This document shows positions 51,842 to 61,612 of a stretch of DNA of 64,000 bases, piece by piece. Under the pieces are notes generated by a model. It did not search any database. It saw only the letters and a program-made list of their open reading frames with translations, and was not told where the DNA came from. Each line of letters opens with the position of its first letter. The first letter of the stretch is position 1. A program made the translations under genes and the position numbers. The DNA comes from an uncultured bacterium (lineage in GTDB: Bacteria; Chloroflexota; Dormibacteria; Aeolococcales; Aeolococcaceae), in the NCBI GenBank assembly GCA_963847225.1, contig CAWJYZ010000002.1:269007-333006 (forward strand), read 5' to 3'.

Positions 51842-52080
51842 ATGACCATCGTACCACAAGCTATATTCGCATGGGCAAGCGGACTTCACCACCGGGCGTG
51901 GGCGGACCGCGGCAGGTGGATGGCGGCGGCGCCGGCGTTATCGCCTCCCGGCACCGAGCAAGCGCCCTCCTCCCATTTACTTCCCAACAGCGGCGGCAAG
52001 CTCTGGCTTGGAGCGCCGCGATGGAAGCAAGCGCTGAACTCGAACTCCACTCAGCCTATGCGCCCGCCAAAGAAGGAGAG

Positions 52081-52220
52081 CGTTCAATGGCATGCAAGAG
52101 GTCGGGGGTTCGAGCCCCCCCGTCTCCACTTCGCTGGTGTTGCTGGGATTTCCCGTGGCACGGTTCGTGCCGGATCGCCTCTTACCGGGCCTGGCCGGCG
52201 TCAGTTAAGCGCTCTCTTGC
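52081..52220 (+). repeat. tRNA-Ala 3'-fragment repeat plus flank; this copy matches the flank of the intact tRNA
   Basis: GAGAGCGTTCAATGGCATGCAAGAGGTCGGGGGTTCGAGCCCCCCCGTCTCCA, followed by 92 nt identical to 46354-46445. Confidence 0.8.
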
Positions 52221-53044
52221 AGAGCCCCTCCGGAAGCAAGCTCGGAGGATCTTCGGTGGCCCTGGTGCGATTTGGCCCGTCTCTTCGCCGCCTGCTGGAG
52301 GTCATCGCGCCAAACCCCCCAACGCACGCCGTCGCGTGGCCGGCGGCCGCCGGCCTCCAGCGGAACCTCGAATACCATTGATATCACTGCGCATTCGGGA
52401 TTCCCGATCCTTCGCTCCGACGGTCGGCTCCCCGACGGCTTCCCGAGCTCCCGCCCGAGGGGCTCCTGATCGCAGCAGTCAAGCGCGCTTGAAGGGACGC
52501 CCCAAGAGGACGACGAGATCAAGCCAGCTCACACGCTGCCCAGGATCCTTCTCAGGCAACGGTGATCCGAGCGATGAGCGAGCGCACCGGCCACGTATAC
52601 AGGTACAGGCGAGTCTGCATAGTTGCACGAAACCGTCGCGATACGGCGCGTGGTCAAAGAGCGAACCTCAGCCACGAGACGGGCAGTCACTGACATGTCT
52701 GACCCGGAGGTCGCGAGCCTTCCCACCACGGGAGATGCGGAGAATCAGCTCGTCCCCGATCTCATGCTGGCGAATCGCCTTCTGGACGTCCAGGAAGTCT
52801 GTAATGGGCTTACCGTCCACCTCGATGAGGCGGTCCCCGCCGAGAACACCGCCCTCAGCAAGCTGACTGCCGCGCCGGGGAAGCGAGATCGCCAATCCAA
52901 GCTCGCCGTCTGCCGCAGGTTCAGCTTCGAGCCAGGACTGGTTAACCCCGATCATTCACGCCGACAGGTGATCGGAGAGGAGCCCCGGCGCGAAAGCGCC
53001 CTCCGGTAAGGGAAACTGGCGTGGACCAAAACTCCAGCAACCCA

Positions 53045-54940
53045 ACCAGGAGGGGTAGAGTAGGCGACTGGTTCAGCGTAGGCCTCCCCAGCCGCCCCTC
53101 ATCGAACCGTGCATGAGGTTCTCCCTCACACGGCTCTCCGACGGTGTTCACGTGACCCCTATCGCAGGCGCGCCATACCGGATCGTCCCAGTGAGGCAGT
53201 ACACACCGAGGCGCTGATACCAGTCATGGGTGTGCGCGGTGCCCCAGCGCCGTCCAGACTTCTGATGCTTCTTGCTGTCGAAAAGCGCCAGTCGCTCATG
53301 AACGTAGCAGTCGATCTGGTCGAACTTCTGCGTCGAGTTGCCCCAGCGGAAGAAGTTGCTCCAGCCTCGGAGGACCGGGTTGAGCTCAGCGACCAACGCA
53401 CCGATCGGCCACTTCAGACGGGATCGCGGAGCCGTGATCGCCTTGACCTTGGCCCTGATCGACGCCATCGCACGTCGCGACGGCCAGCGGTGCAAGTACC
53501 GCCGCCCATACCGGAAGGACCTGACCATGCGCAGATGGAACCCCAGAAAGTCGATGCCATCGGCCCCGTCACCCATGCTCACAATCCGGGTCTTGTCCGG
53601 GTGGAGCTGAAGGTCGAGGGCTTGGGCCCGATTCTGGAGCCAGCGAAGGGCATTGCGCGCGTCGGTTTCGCTCCGACACAGAATCACGCCATCATCGGCG
53701 AAGCGCAGCCACGTACCGAGAGGCTTCGCCTCCTTCTCAAAGAGGGCGTCGAGGGCATGGCCGTAGATGTTGCTGAGCAAGGGGCTGACCGTCCCGCCTT
53801 GCGGAACGCCCGTGCTGGAGACGACGATGCCGTGCTCCATCACACCCGCTCGCAGCCACATCCGAATGAGCCGCAGCACCCGGCGATCGCTCACTCGCCT
53901 CGCCACCAACCTGAGCAACAGATCGGGGTCAAGGCTGCCGAAGAAGTCCTTGAAGTCCAACTCGACGATCCACCACGCCCCACGGTTCACCTCCGAGCGG
54001 ATGCGTTCCAGCGCTTGGTGTGCACTCCGCCTCGGCCGAAACCCGTATGAGCAGGGGAGAAAGCCGGCCTCAAACAACGGCTCCAACACCAGCTTGGCCG
54101 CGGTCTGGAGCACCCGATCACGGACCCGGGGGATTCCGAGCCCGCGCCGCTCCTGCGGCCGCCCTGGCTTGGGGATGTAGACCCTGCGCACTGCCTGTGG
54201 ACGGTACCGCCCGCTCAGCAGTAGCCCGCGCAACTCCACCAGCATCCGCTCCACCCCGTAGGCTTCGATCGCCTCGATGGTCTCGCCGTCGATGCCGGCA
54301 GCGCCCCGATTGCGTCGGACCTGTTCCCAGGCTCGCCGCAACACATCTGGCCGAGCTATCCGGTCGTAGAGAGCATGAAACCTCCTCTGACGGTTCTGCT
54401 TTGCGGCCACGTAAAGCGTGCGCTGAAGTGCGCGGACTTTGTCGTCGGGGTGGTTGGCTCTCGCCATGCCCTCATCCGCCCCTTGCTGCGCACACGCCAC
54501 CGAAGTGCGGGTCCTTCCCTACGCCGAGTTCTGTTGTCTCGGCGATCATTGGTACAGATATGACCCGCTCCAACTCCCTCCGCACCGCCCCGGACTTCGG
54601 TGTGGCCTTATACCGGGACAAGCTTCCGCGGCGATCGACACGCCGTCGGGTGCGGGAGGGCCTCCCCAGTTGACCGATCGGCCTTCCCTGCATGCCGTCG
54701 CCTCTACGCCGGAGCGATTCCGGGATGCTCCAGAACCCAAGTCCCGGACTGCAGCCTTCGCCCACAAGTGCCAGGCTCGGCTCGCTCAATCCCTCACGGG
54801 TCACTTTCACGACGCGGCAGCGTTCACGTAATGTTGCGGCCTGCAGGTTCGCTTCTTCTCGCTTCGACGCCCACCTCTCGATGAACGTCGGAGATTGACT
54901 ACCCGGCTCCTCTGGCGGCTTGCCGGGACGGGACTCGCAC
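53045..54940 (-). mobile_element. Bacterial group II intron (about 1.9 kb), minus strand
   Basis: The 5' end GTGCGAG is at 54940 (minus strand). Domain V GAGCCGTGTGAGGGAGAACCTCATGCACGGTTC occupies 53137-53105. An RT/maturase ORF lies in domain IV. The 3' end is approximate. Confidence 0.7.
53148..54467 (-). CDS. Group II intron reverse transcriptase/maturase (no obvious HNH endonuclease domain)
   Basis: RT blocks RVYIPKPGRPQERRGLGIP, VELDFKDFFGSLD, GVPQGGTVSPLLSNIY and LRFADDGVIL, plus the maturase X domain. Confidence 0.85.
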   Translation of the reverse strand: MARANHPDDKVRALQRTLYVAAKQNRQRRFHALYDRIARPDVLRRAWEQVRRNRGAAGIDGETIEAIEAYGVERMLVELRGLLLSGRYRPQAVRRVYIPKPGRPQERRGLGIPRVRDRVLQTAAKLVLEPLFEAGFLPCSYGFRPRRSAHQALERIRSEVNRGAWWIVELDFKDFFGSLDPDLLLRLVARRVSDRRVLRLIRMWLRAGVMEHGIVVSSTGVPQGGTVSPLLSNIYGHALDALFEKEAKPLGTWLRFADDGVILCRSETDARNALRWLQNRAQALDLQLHPDKTRIVSMGDGADGIDFLGFHLRMVRSFRYGRRYLHRWPSRRAMASIRAKVKAITAPRSRLKWPIGALVAELNPVLRGWSNFFRWGNSTQKFDQIDCYVHERLALFDSKKHQKSGRRWGTAHTHDWYQRLGVYCLTGTIRYGAPAIGVT

Positions 54941-54982
54941 TCGCTGGTTGATCGGCCCTTGGCTGGGCACACCACTTGCGAA

Positions 54983-56350
54983 GTGAACGGTACCAGCACG
55001 GCACGGGTGAGGGTGGAGGCGGGCGGCGACCAGGTCGTGGGCCATGTCGGGTTGCACGCCTTGGGGGCCTTCGCCGACCACCTGGGGCTGGGTGATGCCC
55101 TCTCGGCGCGCATCCAGGCGATCCAGGGGCGGTTGCCGCTCCATGACCGAGGCAAGGTCCTGGTCCACGCCATGCTGATGCTGGCTGGCGGAGGTGAGTG
55201 CTGCGCCGACATCGAGCACCTTCGAATCGAGCCCGAGCTGTTCGGCGAGGTCTGCTCGGACTCCACCCTGTACCGGACCCTGCGCAGCCTCGATGGCCCG
55301 ACCGTGGCGGCGGTGAAAGAGGCCATGGCTGAGATCCGGGCCAGGGTGTGGCGACGGCTGCCGGCGGCCACGCGGGGTCCGGTGGTGCTGGACATGGATG
55401 CTTCGCTGGTGGAGATCCACTCCGAGAACAAGGAGGAGACGGGCCCCACTTACAAGGGTGGCTTCGGCTTCCACCCGCTGCTCTGCTTTGCCGACGCTAC
55501 CGGCGAGACCCTGGCCGGCTTGTTGCGACCCGGCAATGCCGGGGCCAACACCGTGGCCGACCACCTCCAGGTGCTCGATGAGGCTCTCGCCCAGCTGCCG
55601 CGCTGGATCGCGAAGGGCCACCACCCCGGCGACCGGCCAGCCGAGGCCCGCCGAACGATCGTGGTGCGCGCCGACTCGGCGGGGTGTACTGAGGGCTTCG
55701 TGAGGGGCTGCCGCCAGCGCAACCTCGGCTTCAGCGTGGTGGCCCGCTCCAACTCGCAGATCCACACGGCGATCTCGCGGGTGGTGGACGACGAGAAGAG
55801 CTGGCGGCCGGCGATCCGCCAGGACGGCGAGCCTCGGACCGGGGCCTCGGTGAGCGAGGTCACCGAGCTCTGCGATCTCGCGTCCTGGCCATCGGGAACG
55901 CGCCTGATCGTCCGCCGGGAGCCGTTGCACCAGGGCGCCCAGCAGAGCCTGTTCCCGTCCTTGGAGTACCGGTACTGGGGCTTCTACACCGATCAGGAGG
56001 GCAGCCCCGTCGAGGTCGACCGCTTCATGCGCGCTCATGCCCATGTCGAGGACCACATCTGCCGGCTCAAGGATTCCGGGCTGTTGCGCTTCCCCTTCAC
56101 CAGCTTCGAGGCCAATTGCGCCTGGCTGGCGGTGGTGGGCTTCGCCGCCGACCTGGTGCGCTGGTTCCAGTTGCTCTGCCTCCGCGGCGGTCTGGCCGTC
56201 GCCGAGCCCAAGGCGCTGCGCCGGCGGCTCTGGGATGCGCCGGCACGGATCGTCCGTTCGGCCCGACAGACCATCGTCCGGGTTCTCCGGGGCTGGCCTG
56301 ATGGCGACGCCATCCTCACCGCCTACCAGCGCCTCGCTGTCATTGGCTGA
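54983..56350 (+). CDS. IS1380-family DDE transposase
   Basis: RVRVEAGGDQVVGHVGLHALGAFADHLGL is the typical IS1380 N-terminus; about 455 aa. The start is uncertain (GTG 54983, TTG 54959 or CTG 54944). The ORF-track start at 54920 lies inside the intron. Confidence 0.75.
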   Translation: MNGTSTARVRVEAGGDQVVGHVGLHALGAFADHLGLGDALSARIQAIQGRLPLHDRGKVLVHAMLMLAGGGECCADIEHLRIEPELFGEVCSDSTLYRTLRSLDGPTVAAVKEAMAEIRARVWRRLPAATRGPVVLDMDASLVEIHSENKEETGPTYKGGFGFHPLLCFADATGETLAGLLRPGNAGANTVADHLQVLDEALAQLPRWIAKGHHPGDRPAEARRTIVVRADSAGCTEGFVRGCRQRNLGFSVVARSNSQIHTAISRVVDDEKSWRPAIRQDGEPRTGASVSEVTELCDLASWPSGTRLIVRREPLHQGAQQSLFPSLEYRYWGFYTDQEGSPVEVDRFMRAHAHVEDHICRLKDSGLLRFPFTSFEANCAWLAVVGFAADLVRWFQLLCLRGGLAVAEPKALRRRLWDAPARIVRSARQTIVRVLRGWPDGDAILTAYQRLAVIG

Positions 56351-56565
56351 CGCCGACCGCTGCGCCGCTTCATTTCGCCATCACCAACCCTGCGCTGCTT
56401 CAAGCACGCCCTGCCTCAGCGCCACCGAGCCCACACAGTCAGGGACGCGGCCGCTTCGCGCCGTCACCGGCGACCCAATGACCGTTCACGGCGACCTGGC
56501 GAGCCGGAATCGCGCCGACGGGGGCCTGTCGACCGCCTTCCGTGCACCTGCATGAATGATCGGGG

Positions 56566-57161
56566 TTAATCCAACTGCGCCCGGCGGCAGTGCACCCGCA
56601 AATCCCGATGCTGCACATGGGGCAGATACAGCGGCAGTCCTGGCCCTGACGGTGCAGCTCGCCCACGACAACGCTTGGACACAGGCACGTTTAATAGGCG
56701 AAGCGCCTTCGTATAAGTGCTGAGGTGCCGCGGTGCGATCTCCCGTAGGTTGGGCTCGTACAGCCGAAGGGCCAGCTCGATCAATGCGGAGTACTCGGTG
56801 ACTGCGAAGCTGCACGCTGCGCAAAAAGTCGACACAACACGAACCGGCTCTCTGGGTGGGTCAGCGAGCAGACGTGTGATCGGCAGTCCCAAATCAGCGG
56901 CCGGCTCCAGCCTTGTCCACGGAGATGGTCCTCGAGCGATCGTCGCTGGTCTCTGGAGATCGCTTCGATCGCACGCAGCGATGCGTGAAGAAGAGGATGC
57001 GACAGCATCACGTCCGCCTGGCGGTCAATGGCCTCTTCGATTGCTCTCTCGGTGGCCACCAACGCGCTTACCTGGTCGAAGATAAGGGACGGTAACTCAT
57101 TGATGGAGTTCATAGACGCCGATCTCCTCCCGCCGGTCGTATTCATTCTGAAGGCCTCCAC
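56566..57161 (-). pseudogene. Cys-rich ferritin-like gene, copy 2, disrupted
   Basis: Relative to copy 1 it has a +1 indel (about 56690), a -1 indel (about 56906), and the IS1380 inserted 9 codons before the stop. It is split into ORFs 56566-56892 and 56781-57161. Confidence 0.7.
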
Positions 57162-57520
57162 TCTCGTTGAGAGTCCCGGCGGGTGCTTGGTCCGGCTCCA
57201 TAGTCAGGGGCCGAGTGGCTCTGGTTGGTAGCCGCGACCTGGGGCAGCAGCCAGGTGCTGCGGGTCATGCCGACGTAGTCTGGGCCTCTGAGGCTCACCC
57301 CGCTCCTCGACGGCTACCGCGGCTACCTCGCGTCCACACGGGAGGTCCTCATGGGCGGGTGGTCCCACCGTCTCCAGTCGCGGAGCGGCCCTCGAGCGGC
57401 TCTCGGCCACGCGCTTGCCTTCTCCACCTGGCGATCACTGGTTTGCGAGCAGGATCTTGACGATGAGGCGTCTGTCGAGCTCATGGTTGCCGTGATTCAG
57501 CTTGCTGCTCACGGTAGCTG

Positions 57521-57987
57521 CTACGTAGTGCCCTGTGGGGCTGACGGCGGCGACAAGCCTGCGAAGGGGTCGCGAGCGTCGATGCCCAAGAAGCGGCGGA
57601 AGCCTCGATCACGCGTATAGATCGCAGCCACGCCCTGCTGGCGCATCAGGGTGGCAATGTGCGCGTCAGGGAAGTCGTTGCCCGCGGATGGTCGCCCGCA
57701 GTGCTCCGGAAGAGATCCCAGAAGCCATCATCCTCGCCTGGGGAACGCACGTGAGGCCGGCTCAGAAGCTGGGTCAAGTTGGCGATCGCCTCGGAGGGGC
57801 TGAGAGGGTGGGGCAGGATGCCCGGGTGGGTGACGATGCGCAGATAGCCGAGCGCCACTGGCCAGAAGAGATAGACGAGCTCCGGCCCGGTAGCGATCTC
57901 CTCAAGAAGACTGCGCGCCCGCCGGTGTAGTGGATCCGCCTCGTTGCTCGCGTAGACCAGGATGTTCGCGTCAAGAGTGACGCTCAT
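57521..57987 (-). pseudogene. vapC: vapC copy 2 with a 1-nt deletion frameshift
   Basis: GCCCCGCGG in copy 1 is GCCCGCGG here. The C-terminal third of the PIN domain is replaced by RATTSLTRTLPP*. Confidence 0.7.
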
Positions 57988-58223
57988 CCTGGCTCGTCGA
58001 GGATGGCTCGCACTGCCTCACGGTCCTCCAGGTCGACCCGCGGGCGACCGAGGTTCCGGCTGATCCACCCGAACGGCGGCGCGCCGGCGGCGGCTCCGCC
58101 CCCCGCCAGCGATCGGGCGAGCAGCTCGGACGCCACCTGCCCCATGCTCTTTCCTTCCTCGCGTCCGCGTCGCCGCAGGGCGCGCAGCACGGTGGGATCG
58201 ACGTCCAGGGTCGTCCGGGTCAT
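57984..58223 (-). CDS. vapB: VapB antitoxin, copy 2 (intact)
   Basis: Identical protein to the copy at 48586-48825. Confidence 0.65.
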   Translation of the reverse strand: MTRTTLDVDPTVLRALRRRGREEGKSMGQVASELLARSLAGGGAAAGAPPFGWISRNLGRPRVDLEDREAVRAILDEPG

Positions 58224-58428
58224 GATGCCTGATGTTATCATTATCATCATCAGATGCGCGGCGTGCCTCTACTCAAGGGAGGGAAAGACCGTCCGCATCA
58301 CACTGCAAGCGCCCTCGTCCCATTTACTTCCCAGCGGCGAAGTCAAGCTCGGACTTGGACCACTTCCCAGGAAGCAAGTGCCATGTTCCAACGTGGACCA
58401 GCCTATGCCGGCGACGAAAAACGAGAGC

Positions 58429-58572
58429 GTTTCAATGGCATCAAGAGGTCGGGGGTTCGAGCCCCCCCGTCTCCACTTCGTTGGTATTGCGGGGGTTTCC
58501 CGCGGCATGGTCCGTGCCGAATCGCCTCTCACCGGGCCTCTCTCGCGTCAGTTAAGCGCTCTCTTGCAGAGC
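58429..58572 (+). repeat. tRNA-Ala 3'-fragment repeat plus flank (variant matching 49031-49160)
   Basis: Same variant bases as the 49031 copy (GGCATGGTCCGTGCC hairpin, CTCACCGGGCCTCTCTCGCG). Confidence 0.8.
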
Positions 58573-58591
58573 CCTTAGCGCCCCCTTAGCG

Positions 58592-60658
58592 CCGATTCTC
58601 GCGTCGCCAGCTGCGGGATGAGGTGAGGAGGGTCGGGGCAGGTCCGGGTGATATGGACTTCCGGGCCAGCGCTGGGGAATCGCGGCAGGGAGGCGAAGCC
58701 ATCACGGAGAGTGCTGGGTGGATCTAGCTGTCTGTAACCATGGTCAACTCCGAGGTGGTCCGCGGGCCAGGGTGGTGAGTTGAGCGACTCATCCAACTGA
58801 TTCGCTGCAGTTCCATTGCAATTACAGCCAACTCCTGCGCAACGAGCTTGACCTCCCTCGGAGAGTGTGATTTCATATCGTCATGGAACAGGCAGCGATA
58901 TCACCCCCAGCCAGGGCCGGGGGTGAGTTCTTCGCTGTTCCGTCCACCCCCCTCCAGCGCCGCTACGAAGCCCTGCGGGCCTACCTCTACGAGGGCAGCC
59001 CCGCCGCCGAGGCCGCCGCCCGTTTCGGCTACTCGACGGTGAGCCTCCTCTCCGCCGTCCGGGACTTCCGCGCCGGTCAGCGCGACTTCTTCCGGATCCC
59101 GCGGCCGGGGCCTCACTCGGCGCCGGCCAAGGAGGCGGCCCGGGCCCGGGTGGTGGAGCTCCGCCGCCAGGGTTACTCCGCCTACGAGATCGCCGCGGCG
59201 CTGGCCTTGACGGACACCCCACTGAACCGACTGGGGTGGCCGAGGTGCTTGCCGAAGAAGGGCTGCCCCGGCTCTGGCCGCGTCCATACGCGGCGCGTGG
59301 AGGGCCGCGCCGCGAGGTGCTGCGGCGCGCTGAGGCGCTGGACTTCAGCGCTCTCCCGGAGCGCAGCGAGACCCGGGTGGCGGGGCTGTTGCTTGCCATC
59401 CCCGAGCTGGTGGCGCTGGACCTTCCCACCCTGGTCAAGGCGGCCGGCTACCCCGGGACCTCGGTCATCCCCGCCCTCTCCTCGATCGCCTCGCTGCTCG
59501 CCCTCAAGCTGGTGGCGATCCGGCGGGTCAGCCATGTCGACGACATCGCCACCGACGTCGGCGCCGGGCTCTTCGCCGGGCTGGTCGCGCTGCCCAAGGC
59601 AACGGCGCTGACCACCTACTCATATCGCACCGACCACCGCCAGCAGCGCCGCTTCCTCCACGCCCTGGGCCAGGCGATGGCGGGCAGCGGGCTGGCGGCT
59701 GGCGATGAGTTCGACCTCGACTTCCACGCGGTGATGCACTGCGGCGAGGACGCCGTCCTGGAGAAGCACTACGTGCCCAAGCGCTCGCAGCAGACCCGCT
59801 CGGTGCTCACCTTCTTCGCCCAGGACGGCAGGACCCACAACCTGGTCTACGCCGACGCCGACCTGCACAAGGCCACTCAGGCCCATGCGGTGATCGACTT
59901 CTGCGACCACTGGCGCTCGGTGAGCGGTCGCGACCCCGGTCTCTTGGTCTTCGACTCCAAGCTCACCACCCAGGAGATGCTGGGTCTCCTCGATGCTCGC
60001 GGGGTGCGCTTTCTCACCCTGCGGATGCGCAGCCCCTCGCTCACCTCCAGGATCGCCGCTCTGCCGGCAAGTGCCTGGCGCACCGTCGCCCTGGACCGCG
60101 ACGGCGAGTACCGCAAGCCCCAGGTGGCCGAGGATCCCGCAGCCCGGCTGACGGAGTACCCCGGCACCGTCCGCCAGCTGGTGGTCCGCGGCCTCGGTCG
60201 GGAGGCGCCGACGGTCCTGATCACCAACGACCGCGCCGCCACCACCAAGACCCTGATCGAGCGCTACGCCCGGCGGATGACCATCGAGCAGCGCCTCGCC
60301 GAGGCGATCCGCAGCTTCCACATCGACGCCCTGAGCTCGGCGGTCCCCCTCAACGTGGATCTCGACGTCGTCCTGTCGGTGCTGGCCAGCGCTGTCTGCG
60401 GCTCGCTCCGTCGCCGGCTCCGTGGCTACGAAACCGCCACCCCCGACACCCTGCAGCGCCGCTTCCTCTCCACCAGTGGGGTCATCCTCAACCGCCCAGA
60501 CGGGATCGTGGTCCAGCTTGCCCGCCACACCTACTCACCCGTCCTCCGCTCCGCCGACCTCCCCACGGTCGTCGTCCCCTGGTGGGGCGACCGCCGCCTC
60601 AGGTTCGAGTTCCGCTGAGGCCCGGGATTGGGGTCGATTTCGCTGCGCGAGAATCGGC
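58592..60658 (+). mobile_element. IS element (IS4/IS1634-like, about 2.07 kb) with a frameshifted transposase
   Basis: Imperfect terminal inverted repeats CGCCGATTCTCGCG at 58592-58605 and CGCGAGAATCGGCG at 60645-60658, flanked by TTAG on both sides. The transposase is split across 58883-59230 (HTH part) and 59236-60618 (DDE part, with LITND and Y-x2-R-x3-E). Confidence 0.6.
58883..60618 (+). pseudogene. DDE transposase interrupted by a frameshift near 59225-59240 (or a programmed frameshift)
   Basis: There are two overlapping frames. The fused protein would be about 575 aa. Confidence 0.55.
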
Positions 60659-60724
60659 GTTAGCTGGACGGTGGCGCTTGCCGTCGGGCAGCTGGCGGCG
60701 CTCCTGACCCAGCGACGCCCTCGC

Positions 60725-61483
60725 TTACCCGTCGGTGAGATGGTGCTCAAGCGCGTACCGCACTGCCCCCGTGCGTGACCTGACGCCCGCCTTGATGAAG
60801 ATGTTGTGGACGTGCTGATCCGCTGTCCGCGGCCCGATGCCAAGCTCGCGCGCGATCGCTCGATTCGTCAGGCCGCGAGCCATCAGATGCAGGACCTCCA
60901 TCTCCCGGGGGGTGAACGGCATCACCAGCGGAGCCCGAGGTGCCCCGAGCGACAGGGTGACGTCACCGCCCAGCCCGTCCGGTATGACGGTGGCACCGTA
61001 GTAGACACTTCGAATAGCCGCCAGCAGCGCTTGACCGTGAGCGGACTTCAGCATGTAGCCGGAGGCACCCGCGAGGAAGGCTTCCCGTGCGCACTCGGGA
61101 TGTGCGGTCAGTATCAACACCCGTAGCGTCGTGTACGTCGCTCGCAGCCGCCTCGTGGCATCGATGCCGCCCATTCCTGGCATTCGAGCCTCCATGACGA
61201 CGATATCGACCTGTCGCTGGGCGACGAACGCGAGGGCTTGCTCCGCGCCCTCGGCCTCGCCGAGTACAAGCATGTCCGGGCAGCCCTGAAGCAAAGCCCG
61301 GATCCCTTGTCGCATGAGTGGGTGAGCATCGGCGATCAGGACGCGGATGACCGGAGCCGTCTGGACGGCTGCATCCTCACCTCCTGGAGCGGGGTCTCGT
61401 CGAAGGCCATCTGCCGACTTCGGGGCCACCGGGGTCCAGCCCGCCGGCTCGGACGAGCCCATGTACGTAGTGGAGTCGAGCAT
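60725..61483 (-). CDS. NarL/FixJ-family response regulator (REC plus LuxR helix-turn-helix)
   Basis: ATG at 61483 with a GGAGAC RBS. REC motifs RVLIADAH and VDIVVMEARMPGMGGID. LuxR HTH REMEVLHLMARGLTNRAIARELGIGPRTADQHVHNIFIK. The rest of ORF 60725-62914 is antisense to the next gene. Confidence 0.8.
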   Translation of the reverse strand: MLDSTTYMGSSEPAGWTPVAPKSADGLRRDPAPGGEDAAVQTAPVIRVLIADAHPLMRQGIRALLQGCPDMLVLGEAEGAEQALAFVAQRQVDIVVMEARMPGMGGIDATRRLRATYTTLRVLILTAHPECAREAFLAGASGYMLKSAHGQALLAAIRSVYYGATVIPDGLGGDVTLSLGAPRAPLVMPFTPREMEVLHLMARGLTNRAIARELGIGPRTADQHVHNIFIKAGVRSRTGAVRYALEHHLTDG

Positions 61484-61612
61484 CCGAATACGTCTCCAGG
61501 ATCTTACGTACAAGTCAAACGCTGAAATGCCGGGCCGACTAGAGACTTTCGGCCCTTGTTGAACGGGCCGACCGCCCCCACCGTATAGCCATCCCGTGCC
61601 GGGGAGACAGCC

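Larger units (their letters stand above)
52942..56569 (+). mobile_element. IS1380-family insertion sequence (about 1.73 kb of IS DNA) carrying a nested group II intron
   Basis: Perfect 17-bp terminal inverted repeats TTAACCCCGATCATTCA at 52942-52958 and TGAATGATCGGGGTTAA at 56553-56569. It is absent from the homologous site in copy 1 (47161-47171). TTAA lies at both junctions. Confidence 0.8.
52129..58428. repeat. Segmental duplicate, copy 2 (X 52129-52937, Y 56570-58428), interrupted by an IS1380 element
   Basis: Offset 5775 for X and about 9398-9400 for Y relative to copy 1. It carries a +1 and two -1 indels. Confidence 0.85.

Noticed and set aside
51829-52866. 345-aa ORF (and its twin at 46497-47090) running through the tRNA-fragment repeat and segment X
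   Set aside because: Its frame crosses the tRNA-like sequence and intergenic repeat DNA. It appears twice only because the DNA is duplicated, and it shows no coding features.
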